A stretch of 64,000 nucleotides of DNA from Chlorokybus atmophyticus (Eukaryota; Plantae; Mesostigma and Chlorokybus algae), in the NCBI GenBank assembly GCA_009103225.1, contig RHPI01001507.1, positions 484,467 to 548,466 of the forward strand, given 5' to 3'. Below, piece after piece: positions 1 to 10,748 of this stretch. The notes under the pieces were generated by a model. The model did no database searches. It had not been told where the DNA came from and saw nothing but the letters and a program-made list of their open reading frames with translations. The stretch's first letter is position 1. Each line of letters opens with the position of its first letter. A program made the position numbers and the translations under genes.

Positions 1-1099
1 CCAAGTCCTTTACCATCATCTTGGGTAGATGTCTATGTGTTCCTTGAAACGTCGCTCTGGGTTGCTGTTCTAACTATTGTAAACCTTTCCAATTCCCAGG
101 TGTCAGTTTGTAGATGTTTGTAGATGCAGCGCGCACCCTCTAGCTCATCCACCAACGTTTTTTTGCACCACGCGCTGCTGCTCGCATGTTGGTGGGGGTA
201 GCGTTGCATGCTGTCGAACGTAACAGCATCTGTACCTCCTCAGCCACCTGCATCATGGAGCGATCATGTGGTCGAGCACATGTGAAATATGCATGTGTAG
301 CAATCAGAGCAACCGTGTTGTTGCGTAATACTGTACCTGATGAGTGGGAAATATGCAGCCAGCGTGTCTTGATTAGGATCTGCCTTGTTGATCTGATCAA
401 GGATCTTTTCCGCCTAACCTGACGACGTTACGTGGACAGCATCTCAGTTGCACACCTTTCGCACGTGAACGAGTTCAGACACCTGTGCGTCACACATACG
501 ATGTTAGTAATGCCTTACCATTGTCGGTACACCATTCCAAAGATCCAAACGTACACTATGTATATGGCATGCCGTGGATAACTTACTTAAATAGCCAGAA
601 TTGGATGAGAACTCTTAGGCAGATTGGGTTGTTTTGGCGCAACAGGGTGTCCCATAACTTGTATGAGACTTGGCGCTTGAGATCATCTTCCACATCAATG
701 CCCATCTTGCGAATGTAAAAGATGCAGGTATTAGACACAACACCATTAGTGTATGTGGCACGCTCTGACTCTGACTAGCAGTAGTACACAGTATACAAAC
801 AAAAGTAGTAGTAGTGCACAGTAGGTACTTGTTGCTATGGCATCACTGTATCCTGCACGAAACTCAGCAGCATGCTCTTTGGCTGGACGAATTAACTTGT
901 CTGCGTCGGCCTTGGTGAACAGTCTTTTTAACTTGCCTGGAGTCACACCGGCGTTGTCACACGACCACATTTGCTTAGCGGACAGCGCGCGCCCAAAGCC
1001 CTTGCTGCTGCCGCTGGTGCATTGGCGTTCGGTCCCAGGTCCATCATTAGACAGCTGGGAGTTCAACTTGTCGAAGATGGCTTGAGCGTTGAAGTCCAT
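1..1099 (-). pseudogene. Disrupted intron-containing gene with a GIY-YIG endonuclease-like domain; runs off the window start
   Basis: Coding-like exon from ATG 1099 (MDFNAQAIFDKLNSQ...AIAT) with a GT donor near 828, then stop-riddled frames from 720 to 130. Minus strand 130-20 reads CIYKLTPGN/GKVY..../NPERRFKEH after removing a 10-bp tandem duplication (107-126) and small indels. This matches the GIY-YIG consensus GIYxIxNxxNGKxYIGxTxNxxxRxxxH. TATA-like GATATAAG lies near 1330. Confidence 0.6.
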
Positions 1100-1775
1100 G
1101 TCGCATAAAAAAACCAACAAACCAAAGTTAGCAAGTTTTGACGCGTTCTGTCATCTAAAGTATAGATCCAACAACAACAGCACCGCACATGCTATGCAAC
1201 TTGCGGTCATACCCGAAAGTCACGGATTGAATAGAGGAAGACGAGGTTGAGGCTCTCACTAGCGCCAGTGGGTGAAAGCGGGACGTGTCACCAGGAACCA
1301 GTAACGAAGGCTAGCAGTTGGGAGACTTATATCCTCTGTGTACATAAAATGACGAGCTCATGATCATACGGTTACCAATTACAAAACAACGATTATGCAA
1401 ATTTGTTTTGCTATTGGCTGCAAATTGGGAAGTTTGACAAATTCAACCATGGTTGTCTGCTTGCAGATATTATATTACATCAAAGATAGTAGTGGCACAT
1501 GTGTAAGATAACCATTCGCGTCGTGGGATCATACCGTCCGCATGCCGAAAAAGATGCATTCTGCGTTAAGGTCGTACACTGGCAGGAGTATATGTACGAT
1601 TTGTCGCGAGCCTTACATCACAGAAGCTTTTTAATATGGTACACTACGATCGCAATATCACCATATTCAAGCACATGCAAGTGCATGGTAACAATATGCA
1701 CATATATGTAGACATATGCTGTCACATGCAAACATATGACATGCCGTGTGACAAGATCACGTCATTGCAACCACT

Positions 1776-4700
1776 TTACTCGTAGGTCATTCCCACGGAA
1801 CAGATGCCATTTCCTCGAGGTCGGGCATTTGCATCACGCTTAGTAGCGACCCGTTGGTTACACGTGATAGTGCTACATACCACAGTTTTGGCGTAAAAGC
1901 ATTTTGCATATGCACCAGAGTATGATGTACTAATGTAGCACCCTGGGCTTTGTGAACGGTCATGGCATGAGCCAATTGCAATAGGAATGCATTTTTGTGA
2001 TAAGTCTTGCCTTGAGAAGTGGTGTACTTGTGTGCTGTGCGTTAAATCCATATTGTATTTTATGTAGTCTCCATTGTCATACAGATACTTGTTAGGTTGC
2101 CCTTGTAGAATCGAAAATTTTAAAGTATTGCTATAGCGCCATTGGCAGCTTCATTACTTAAACTCATATTTTCCAATATCAGCACCTTAACACCTGCTAC
2201 AACACGCAGCAACATGTTAAACTTGGGTTTTTGTAACTACTCTTGTAATTCTGGCACTGTTGCAGCGTTGGTATGAATTTACACTTGTTGTATGTGTGAC
2301 GTTGGGAACTGCTGTTGCAACACCAAGTCATTGAACATCAAAATGTCTTGTACATGGAATTTAACACCGTAGTGGTTGCGGGAATGCAACTCAACACGTT
2401 GCGAGATAATAGATATCTGCCTAGTACCGATTGGATTTCTACTGATGTGGGAACAGTGGATTGAATATTGGCCAAAAACCATGAAAACTCAGGGTCTGAA
2501 ACATGGCGCACAGATCTTGCAAGTTCATGTTGAACGCGAACAAACCACCAGCGAGATTGAAACATGTGGCACCTACTGCACACTTAATTGCTGTCTTCGG
2601 TGCGATAATGGCAGACTGCAAGGGAGTTGTTTGTGATCGCCCACAAGTATTACAGTCACATTCGTTCAAAAATCGACTCCATGAACTTCCCGTACATGTA
2701 TATACACAACATTAAAGGATTGCCCGATCATCATATAGAACTCATCAATGAGAAAGATACGACACGATGCTAGTCGCTTGTACATGTCATGTGTCGCACT
2801 AAGGTACGACAGGAATTGGCCGATTATAGGAATGGCATAATTGGTATGTGCAGTTTGCGCATACGGACTGAGTCGTACAGCAGCTGCTCCTGTTGTAGCA
2901 CTGAGCAGAATTGGTAACCTGCTGAGCGCGGTTGATGCATAATGTGTTTGAGAAGATAGGTTTTACCAGCACCTGAACAGCTAGAAATGACATGCAAATC
3001 AGCTATTTGTGTGCAATTGCGGTTGGTGATGTTTTGTTGTTCTGATGTCAAGGAGCACCCTGAAGTATTAACAAACTCCTAAAGGTTGCACGCGCCAGTA
3101 ACATACTCGTCTTCTGTGCCTCATGCGTTTCTTAATTGTCATTGTCGATGGCTCTAGCCATGGAAGCAACCAAACTGTTAGACTTTACCATTGTTGTGCA
3201 GTGTTTTTGAGCATATTGCATTATATGGAAATGCAGCGTGTGGGTGGCATTGTTGATCAAACCGCGGTGGATGCATCTGTGAAGTTTTTACCTTGCACAT
3301 TGTTGAGTGACATCAATTAAGCTTCGCTGCGAAATACAACATGTTGCAACAGCAATTTGCAACAATATCCCTCAACATGTTATGCGGGACGATCTTCAGA
3401 AAGTTGTATGATATGTGGTGCATTGAGTACATAGCTTTGCCAGTGTCAGTTGATCAGTTGGAGTACGCACAGTATCTCGGGGAACAGGTTCATGGTTCCC
3501 ACGTCGTACAAAGCGTTGAATATAGTTGGCCAGCGTGATCTATGCCACTTCATCAAGCCGCACGCAGTAGATATCGATTGCGTACACCAAAACTTGTTTA
3601 GCATGTCGCAATGTACGTTGACGCAGTTTGGGTACATGCGTATCAACATATGTGACACTTGCAGACATCTGAAGCATGGGGATTCCCAAACAGATTAATG
3701 CTGCTTTTGCAGGTGCAATAGATTTGAACAAATCCATCATTCTGGTGACACGCGGTTCGTTTTGAGTCAGACCTTGCAAACCCACGACATTGCATCCAAT
3801 GCATTATTCAGCGTGTCTGCGGGCTCCATTTTTGTAGTATATTCGACTAGGTTCTTGATCTAGTGACTATTTGTCATATGTAAAACATTGGAATGTGCAC
3901 CCCACAATAGTAATACCACTAGATGATATGGAACAACATTGTGATCACAGTGTTGTAGCCGATAATGCTCATACCTCACGATTTGCCGTTGAATTGAGCG
4001 CGTGTTCAATGTGAACTTAGTACGGGAAACCCATGTCGCACTGTTCAATGCATGAACGACAGTCCATCCCAACATCGCTGCATTTATGCATTTGTTTGTG
4101 CACAACACAATTTTCATGCAGTATCTTCAACCAAGCAACACTGGGAACAATCATTAGTTGATTTCTTCATCATCGTCGCCTGAGATAAACGCTACTATCT
4201 TATTACAAGCACGTTCAACTTCAATGATACATTGTCCGGGTACAACCACAACATAATATGCGCGTGCAATGAATTTTGATGTTGTGTTTTGTACCTGATG
4301 ACGTGGTGCATGACACGGGCCAAGAATGTCATAGATTTTAATGTACTCCTTTAAAAAGTCATTACACGATGGTCAAACAAAAACGCGCACCTAATTAGGT
4401 CATCTAGCCAAGACAATAACGGTAAGATTGTCTGCAAGACATGTTGTAAGTCTATAATCTCTGAAAACTGGTCTGGCCACTTCATCAGCAGTCAAGGTAA
4501 AAAACAGAGTGGGCATGCCCTAATGCTGCACCAGACACAGTAGATCACTGAGTTGTTAACGATGCCAATCAAGAGATCCAATTACATCACCTAGCACTCA
4601 ATACTTAACAACGTGCTTGATTGCGTCGTTGATGCTTGCGCCAGGGTGTTTACGTATGTACTTTTGCATATGTTCTTTGATTGCCACTTTGCAACAATTT

Positions 4701-5844
4701 TTAACCATGGTGATAGACTGTCGAACATGATACATTAGCAACAGATAAGGTTTGTACAAAGTGGATAGTAAGCAGCATACAGCGTAGCATAAGATAGTCA
4801 GTCAACCTTTGATACACATTACCATTTAAGAATCCGCGTCCAACAGGAAACAGTATGGGACATTGCACAGTTGCGATGATGATATCGGCAATATTGTACT
4901 AACCATCCGACTGTGCTTGCAGCACAAGTTCAAATAAGAGGATTGCATAATTGCATATGCCCAGCACGCAACAAGACATCTACGTTATCCCGGGAGTTGT
5001 TGCAGACAGGTATTGGTAAAAGCGCAACGTAATGGTGCGCATTGCTATCAACAATGTTGATAGGGTTGCGTTCTTGGTGACGTAACATTATGTTCTCAAT
5101 CGCAGCTGCACGACGATGGAATACCACTTGCACCTAGAGGCTGCTCCATTGAAGTACTGTATTTGTGAATGAGTGGATTGCTTCTGATGAGATCAGCTAG
5201 CAATACACGAACACTCTTGCAAGATGAACGTGCAGGTGTGTCCCAGGGATATGAAAGGGCCATTCACCATATCCAACTGCTGAAGAGTGCCAGATGCGAA
5301 TGCGTAGGGATGGTAGAAATTGGGGACGCTATGGATGTGTTCAATAGCGAAAGCAATTGAACATCCATTGGATGTGACTCTAACACCTTACGAATATAAA
5401 CGCTGTGATGAAATGCTAAGTAGTTGCCTCAAGTAGAACCCGCACAACATCGACAACATATGATGTATAGGTTGTGATGCAGGGTGTAAGCTGCCATAAA
5501 CATATTGGCAATTTTAAAAGCTAGCTGGGACAACGTTGATGTCTGCATGGGTGTTGCATTGGGAGAGTAACACTAAACGACCCCACACATGGCGCAACAT
5601 TGCATTTTTCAAACAAATTCGTGTTGTACACATTGCCACACGGACAGCCATTGGTCGCACTGCAATCAAAGCATAGTGCGTGTCATAATTTACGTGACTA
5701 GCAAACGACACAATGTGACATTGGAACAATTGAATGGCTCACCAACATTCAAGGCCCAATCGCTTCAACGTGTTCGTTCAATGATAAACTGCTGCACAGA
5801 GGTCCATGAACGCCGCCCTCTGTGGCCGTGGCCGCCGCCGCCAT
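1776..5844 (-). pseudogene. Helitron Rep/helicase (HUH endonuclease plus PIF1-family SF1B helicase), degraded by stops and frameshifts
   Basis: Motifs occur in the correct order on the minus strand. Rep motif 1 GMPTLFFTLTADE (~4480-4520), motif 2 ILGRVMHHVIRY..Q..SLHAHIMLW (HAH at 4258-4266), motif 3 DHNVVPYH..LLLWGAH.N...LVEYTTKMEP (~3810-3950). Walker A SGAGKTYL (~2950-2980), Walker B FLIDEFYM (~2735-2760), L..SVRHVSDPEFSWFL (~2480-2530), QLAHAMTVHKAQGATL...WYVALSRV (1850-1981). Putative ATG at 5844. Confidence 0.9.
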
Positions 5845-6855
5845 AACACCAACAGTATTAGCACAAAACGAGCAAGTACATAGTAATATGACGCAATTGT
5901 TTGCCATATGTAGCCATATGGTTAATTGAGTCGCCATATGTGTAATCTGATTGCCGCTGCGCGAGTAGTAGTATTGTGCATGACTTGCTGCCTATCATTG
6001 GCTAGGCGGCGAGTAACAGCATTGAACCTTCGGATCTGTCAAGGACAATTGTGGCCGTCCAAACCACATCTTCACATTACGCATTGGCCGCATATGAGGT
6101 GTAGGGAGCAGTGAGAGCTAATCTTAAATCGCTGGATACAATGGATGTGCTTGCTCAATCCGAATACTACTCATTGTTACCGTTCAAACCTACCCCGATC
6201 ACAATTGCAGTTATCACTATTTTCTATAGTATCGCCCCAAAACGTCAAAGAACACCGCGTTACATGAGCACATCAATGGAAGAACGGTTTTGAGTTGGTA
6301 TGTAAAATGAATGAATTACTTCATGGTCGGTATATTGATTTGATACCATACACACAAAAAGTAGCGCAACCGTTACGCCGCAGTGCGTCAATTTTAATGG
6401 TACATAAGCCAGGCGGTAGCATCGTTGAAAACGCGGTGGCCGATCGCTGCGTATGAAGCGCAAGAAATCTTTGGCGCGACACGGCAATGGCGAACAAAAA
6501 TGGTGCGCTATGTGTCGCGCGCGTAAATTACAAAACGCATTTCCATTGGTACAAGGTTGGAAGGCACCCCATACCCCTGAAGAGACTTCGAACCTATCAT
6601 ACTAACAGCAATCCCATCCTGTCCGTTATTACGAGATCTTCTACTATCATAACCGTTTTCGTTTGGCCGTCGGCCAATGTACATCCAGCCGAATTAGGCC
6701 ATGTGTGTGCAAGACAGTTTGAGTATTGTTGCAAACTGAATTGCACTTACTTCTTTTTGTGCATTGCATTCAACATCACAATAATACAACCATTTATTTA
6801 CCAAGAATAGTACTCCGTGATGAACATTAATAGTTAATATTAGGGTTGTTAAGTA

Positions 6856-7080
6856 TATCAGACACAACCTTTTACGATACAAAATCATGCATAATCGATC
6901 ACAACATAGGTTCAAAGGCAACTACATTCGTTTATTCATTGCAGTTTTTGTTCACATTGATTGCTCTATCAGACACAACCTTTTACGATACAAAATCATG
7001 CATAATCGATCACAACATAGGTTCAAAGGCAATTACATTCGTTTATTCATTGCAATTTTTGTTCACATTGATTGCTCTAT
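6856..7080. repeat. 111-bp tandem duplication (2 copies)
   Basis: TATCAGACACAACCTTTTACGATAC... starts at 6856 and at 6967, with about 2 substitutions. Confidence 0.95.
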
Positions 7081-7177
7081 GTAACAATCATAAAGCATTA
7101 ATATAATATGTTAAGTATATATACTCGATTGGACTGCAACTTGCTGCCATTTTGTATGCTTAATTACCAATGACATA

Positions 7178-7299
7178 AATCTGTGATTAGTACTAGTGTG
7201 CGCTCATGTAAAGTAATATACTATTTATTAAAAAAAGGAATCTGTGATTAATACTATTGTGCGCTCATGCAAAATAATATACTATTTATTTGAAAAAGG
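7178..7299. repeat. 61-bp tandem duplication (2 copies)
   Basis: AATCTGTGATTA.TACTA.TGTGCGCTCATG... starts at 7178 and at 7239. Confidence 0.9.
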
Positions 7300-7738
7300 A
7301 AAACATTTTCGCATAATGTGTGCAACCTTTTTTATCGTTATATAGGTAAGTGCATCAGAACATGTCTTTCACACTGGCTGTTTACTGGCGGTTGTTGCCA
7401 TAACTCCTTGTTATGTATTATTAACATTAATAATATAAATTTAATAAAGTTTTCACATATGACAGATCTATATGCATCAAGATTGCTTTGGAGTTGTTAC
7501 CTAGTCATATGGTTTACAAAGGAACGTGTGTTGATCAGATAGATATGGTATATAATGCGCGCGAACGTTTGGCGCGAACGTTTGGCACATTGCACATCTT
7601 ACGGTGCCCTAATTTATGTAATACATTGATTAAAGCAAAGTGTGATTGAATACATTTATTGTAATCTGAGATGTATTATTCACACCTTGTAGAATTCAAT
7701 CGAAACTTGTTGAATTGCTATACAATGTAATTGTTTAA

Positions 7739-8384
7739 CACTAGGGATGTAAATGTACTTTTAAGTGTACATGTACACTTAAGTGCACAATTAAATGGCC
7801 TTCCTTGGCACGGCCTTCTTGGCCGGTGGTGATGTGACAATGCAACATGTGAAATACCGTTGGATAGCTCTCGGCGTGACGTGTCGAGGTAAAGTAACCG
7901 CGTCGCAATCGGCGCAGTGGTTTGCAAGTTATGCATTCTGTTTTCTGGCCCTGTGAATAGGGTTTGCTGATCGGACCCGTCGAAGGACCCGTCGGGTTCA
8001 CTCAGATAGGAATAACTTCTTAAAGCGAAGGAATCTTGTGACAAGTCACCAATGAAAGTTGTTCTACTCGACGAGAGCTATCCAACGAGCTCATAGTTGC
8101 CGCGCGGAATTCCTACAAATGCAGCCGTAAGGACACTTTAAAGGCCCTTGCATGACTGTACACAAAAGTGTACAGTGACTTTTACCATTTTAGTCGCTTA
8201 CAAAGGTGTACTTTGTAACGCAGGTAGCCAATCAAGCTGAAAGTTTGCACACGAGTTGCTTACAATGTTAGCAATAAGTGTACAAAGTTTCAGCTTGAAA
8301 TGTGAGGGTTTGCAATTGTTATAGCAATGCCCAGCGGATGAGATAAATGTACACTTAAGTGTACATTTATCCACATCCCTAGTG
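7739..8384. mobile_element. Non-autonomous DNA transposon (MITE) flanked by TTAA, piggyBac-like
   Basis: TIR CACTAGGGATGT at 7739-7750 and ACATCCCTAGTG at 8373-8384. TTAA sits immediately outside both ends (7735-7738, 8385-8388). Subterminal palindromes are present, and there is no transposase ORF. Confidence 0.8.
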
Positions 8385-9047
8385 TTAATGGCATACGTCA
8401 TCTCTCTGTTACGATGTGTGTTATAAGCCATAAAACCCCTTCATTTGACCCTTAGGTGAGTATACTATATTGCGAGATGGTTGCATACATACAGTTTAAA
8501 ACTCCGTAGATATGACAATAAGGCTACATACTTTATGATATATACATTCATTTCAGGACTTCAAGTAAATATTTTATACTTCAATGAAGTAACATATATT
8601 ATTACATTATCAACATGAACGACGGGTAACAAAAACAAGCTTACCCTGATTTTATGCACGCGAAGCGTGCAAGTTTTTGCTCATCTTAACAAACCCAAAT
8701 GCATCAAGTTTGCTTTGCTTTTTACATTGGTTGCTCCACTTAGCAAGCATTATAGACAATTTGTTAATGAGATGCAACTTAACCGCGGCTAGATGCAAGT
8801 AGACATTAACTTTCATTACTTGCAGCTGTGTAACGTGACAACCATCATGTTGTAAACAATTTGGTTAACAAAAGCGGCGGTTATAATATACATCGGCCAT
8901 AGTTGTCATATGGACATGATAATTATTTGCCAAAATCCTTGCAATCGGTGACCGGAAAGTGCACGCAGTAGAATACGAGCTTCTTTGTGAATTGCTTGTT
9001 CTCCTTGAAACTTTAGGGCCCGACGCTGTACTCAAAATTGGGGGGGG

Positions 9048-9625
9048 GAGTTATGAGTCTGNCGCGGATATCGACCGGGGCCCCAAGACCAGTCCGGAAG
9101 GTGCCAGAAAACGGAGGGCCAGTCGAGAAGGGCTCAACCAGATTTCTGGAAGGGCCTGGCGCCAAGTAGTATAACTTGACCATATGAGCAGCAAATTAGG
9201 AGATCTTTGGTGCGTTGGAAAGGTCTAGAAGTGTACTACAAGATTCTGCAAGAACATCTTAGCTTCTAGGTCCGTCTAGCGCTAGAATCGTCTAGACAGT
9301 AGCATGTGCAGACTGGTAGGTATAAAAGTGACATACGACAACTTGCAATACAACCTTTAGCTCCCTAGTTTCTGGTGTGCAAGCTTGGTGGTGGCTAGAA
9401 GAGGTTGCTAGCGTGTGTCCACTGGTGTGTGCTTGCTTGTGTGACGATCCAAGGCGCTACACAAGTCGGTGTGTAGCTTCGAGCGCATGCGCGTGCGTAC
9501 GCGAGTGGCGGGGCGCGCGTGTGTGCTTGGCAGAGGGGGCAAGGTTCCGGTGTGAATACCGTGTCTTGGTGAGAGGGTTGTGGATTGGACCAACTCACAG
9601 GTGACAAGGCACGAGCACCGTCACA
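9048..9625 (+). repeat. 5' LTR (lacks the first ~94 bp present in the 3' LTR)
   Basis: Aligns to 14425-15002 with about 19 substitutions in 578 bp. Ends ...CCGTCACA. TATAAAAG near 9321. Confidence 0.93.
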
Positions 9626-9627
9626 AC

Positions 9628-9639
9628 TGGTATCGGAGC
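9628..9639 (+). promoter_or_regulatory. Primer binding site for initiator tRNA-Met
   Basis: TGGTATCGGAGC lies 2 nt after the LTR end. The canonical plant iMet PBS is TGGTATCAGAGC, so the single change gives a G-U wobble. Confidence 0.9.
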
Positions 9640-9719
9640 ACGGTTTACGAAGGTGAGAGAGGAAGTGTGTGGGCGTTTACACTTTTCATTCGGAAGCGGA
9701 GTGTAGTGTGTTAGTGGAG

Positions 9720-10748
9720 ATGGAGGATGCTCGCATGGAAGAGCTTCAAGCTGCCATCTTGGCACTGAGGGAAGAGCTTCATCACACTCAAGCGGCGGCA
9801 CAAGCACAACGCGAGGCGTATGAGCATGCGATGGCGCGTGTACAAATTCCCATGGCATCAAGCTCGCGCGTGCATGTGAAGGTGCCAAAGCCCAAGCCAT
9901 TCAGGGGTCAACGTGATGGAGATGCAGTGGATGAATGGATTTTTCAAGTATCGTCTTGGTTGAAGCTCACGGAGGTGCCCACGCATCTGCACGTGGAGGT
10001 TGCAGCGACATTGCTTGAAGGTGCAGCACTTGTGTGGTGGAGGCATCGATGTACGCGTGTTGCAAACGGGTTGGCGCTACCATTGACCACCATGGAAGAG
10101 TTGGCACTGGAGGTCAGGCATCAATTTGTTCCCGTTGAGAGCGTGAAGGCCGCACGCGACAAACTTGCAGCCCTTGTGCAAATGGGGTCGGTGATGGCGT
10201 ACACGGCCGCGTTTCAGCGATTGGTGATGTCCATACCCAATATGACCGAGGAGGAGCAGTTGGACAGGTATACACGTGGTTTAAAACCTTTGGGGCGTAA
10301 AGAAGTGGAGCTACGGGACCCGAAGACACTCGCGGAGGCTATACGCATCGCGGAGCGTCTCGACGCGTTGTACTTCAAGTCCACCACAAGAAACACTGAC
10401 TGGAGGCAAAGGCATGGTGATCAGCCCCGGGGAGGCTTTCAACATGCATGGAGACGAGGAGAACCAAGTTCAGCACTTGCCAATGGAGGTGGAGCTGACT
10501 CTGGGCCTGCACCAATGGAGGTGGGTGCCATACACACGCATGGAAGTGAGGCGAAGCACGGCGGACGTGGTGAAAGAGGTAAAGGTGTGCGCAAGTGTTA
10601 TGCGTGTGGGTCGACGGAGCATTTGGCGTACGGATGCCCCAAACGAAGCACGCAAAGGCCAACACCGGATGGCAACCCTCGCCGTGATCGTCGCGTCAAC
10701 ACCATGGAGCAAAATGGCGTGGAGCAGGAAAACGACTTCCCCCAGTAG
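9720..10748 (+). CDS. gag: Retrotransposon Gag with CCHC zinc knuckle
   Basis: Intact ORF (MEDARMEE...). Retrotrans_gag-like core (PKPFRG..., LLEGAALVWW, YTAAFQRL), GPAPMEVG motif, and CYACGSTEHLAYGC knuckle. Confidence 0.95.
   Translation: MEDARMEELQAAILALREELHHTQAAAQAQREAYEHAMARVQIPMASSSRVHVKVPKPKPFRGQRDGDAVDEWIFQVSSWLKLTEVPTHLHVEVAATLLEGAALVWWRHRCTRVANGLALPLTTMEELALEVRHQFVPVESVKAARDKLAALVQMGSVMAYTAAFQRLVMSIPNMTEEEQLDRYTRGLKPLGRKEVELRDPKTLAEAIRIAERLDALYFKSTTRNTDWRQRHGDQPRGGFQHAWRRGEPSSALANGGGADSGPAPMEVGAIHTHGSEAKHGGRGERGKGVRKCYACGSTEHLAYGCPKRSTQRPTPDGNPRRDRRVNTMEQNGVEQENDFPQ

Larger units (their letters stand above)
1..7600 (-). mobile_element. Decayed autonomous-type Helitron (probably Helitron2-like); ends not resolved
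   Basis: Contains the RepHel pseudogene. No 3' CTRR/hairpin end was found between the helicase stop and the downstream co-oriented gene. The upstream AT-rich region carries tandem repeats. Boundaries are approximate. Confidence 0.55.

Noticed and set aside
6856-7585. CRISPR-like repeat array
   Set aside because: Simple head-to-tail duplications with no unique spacers, no cas genes, and a eukaryotic context.
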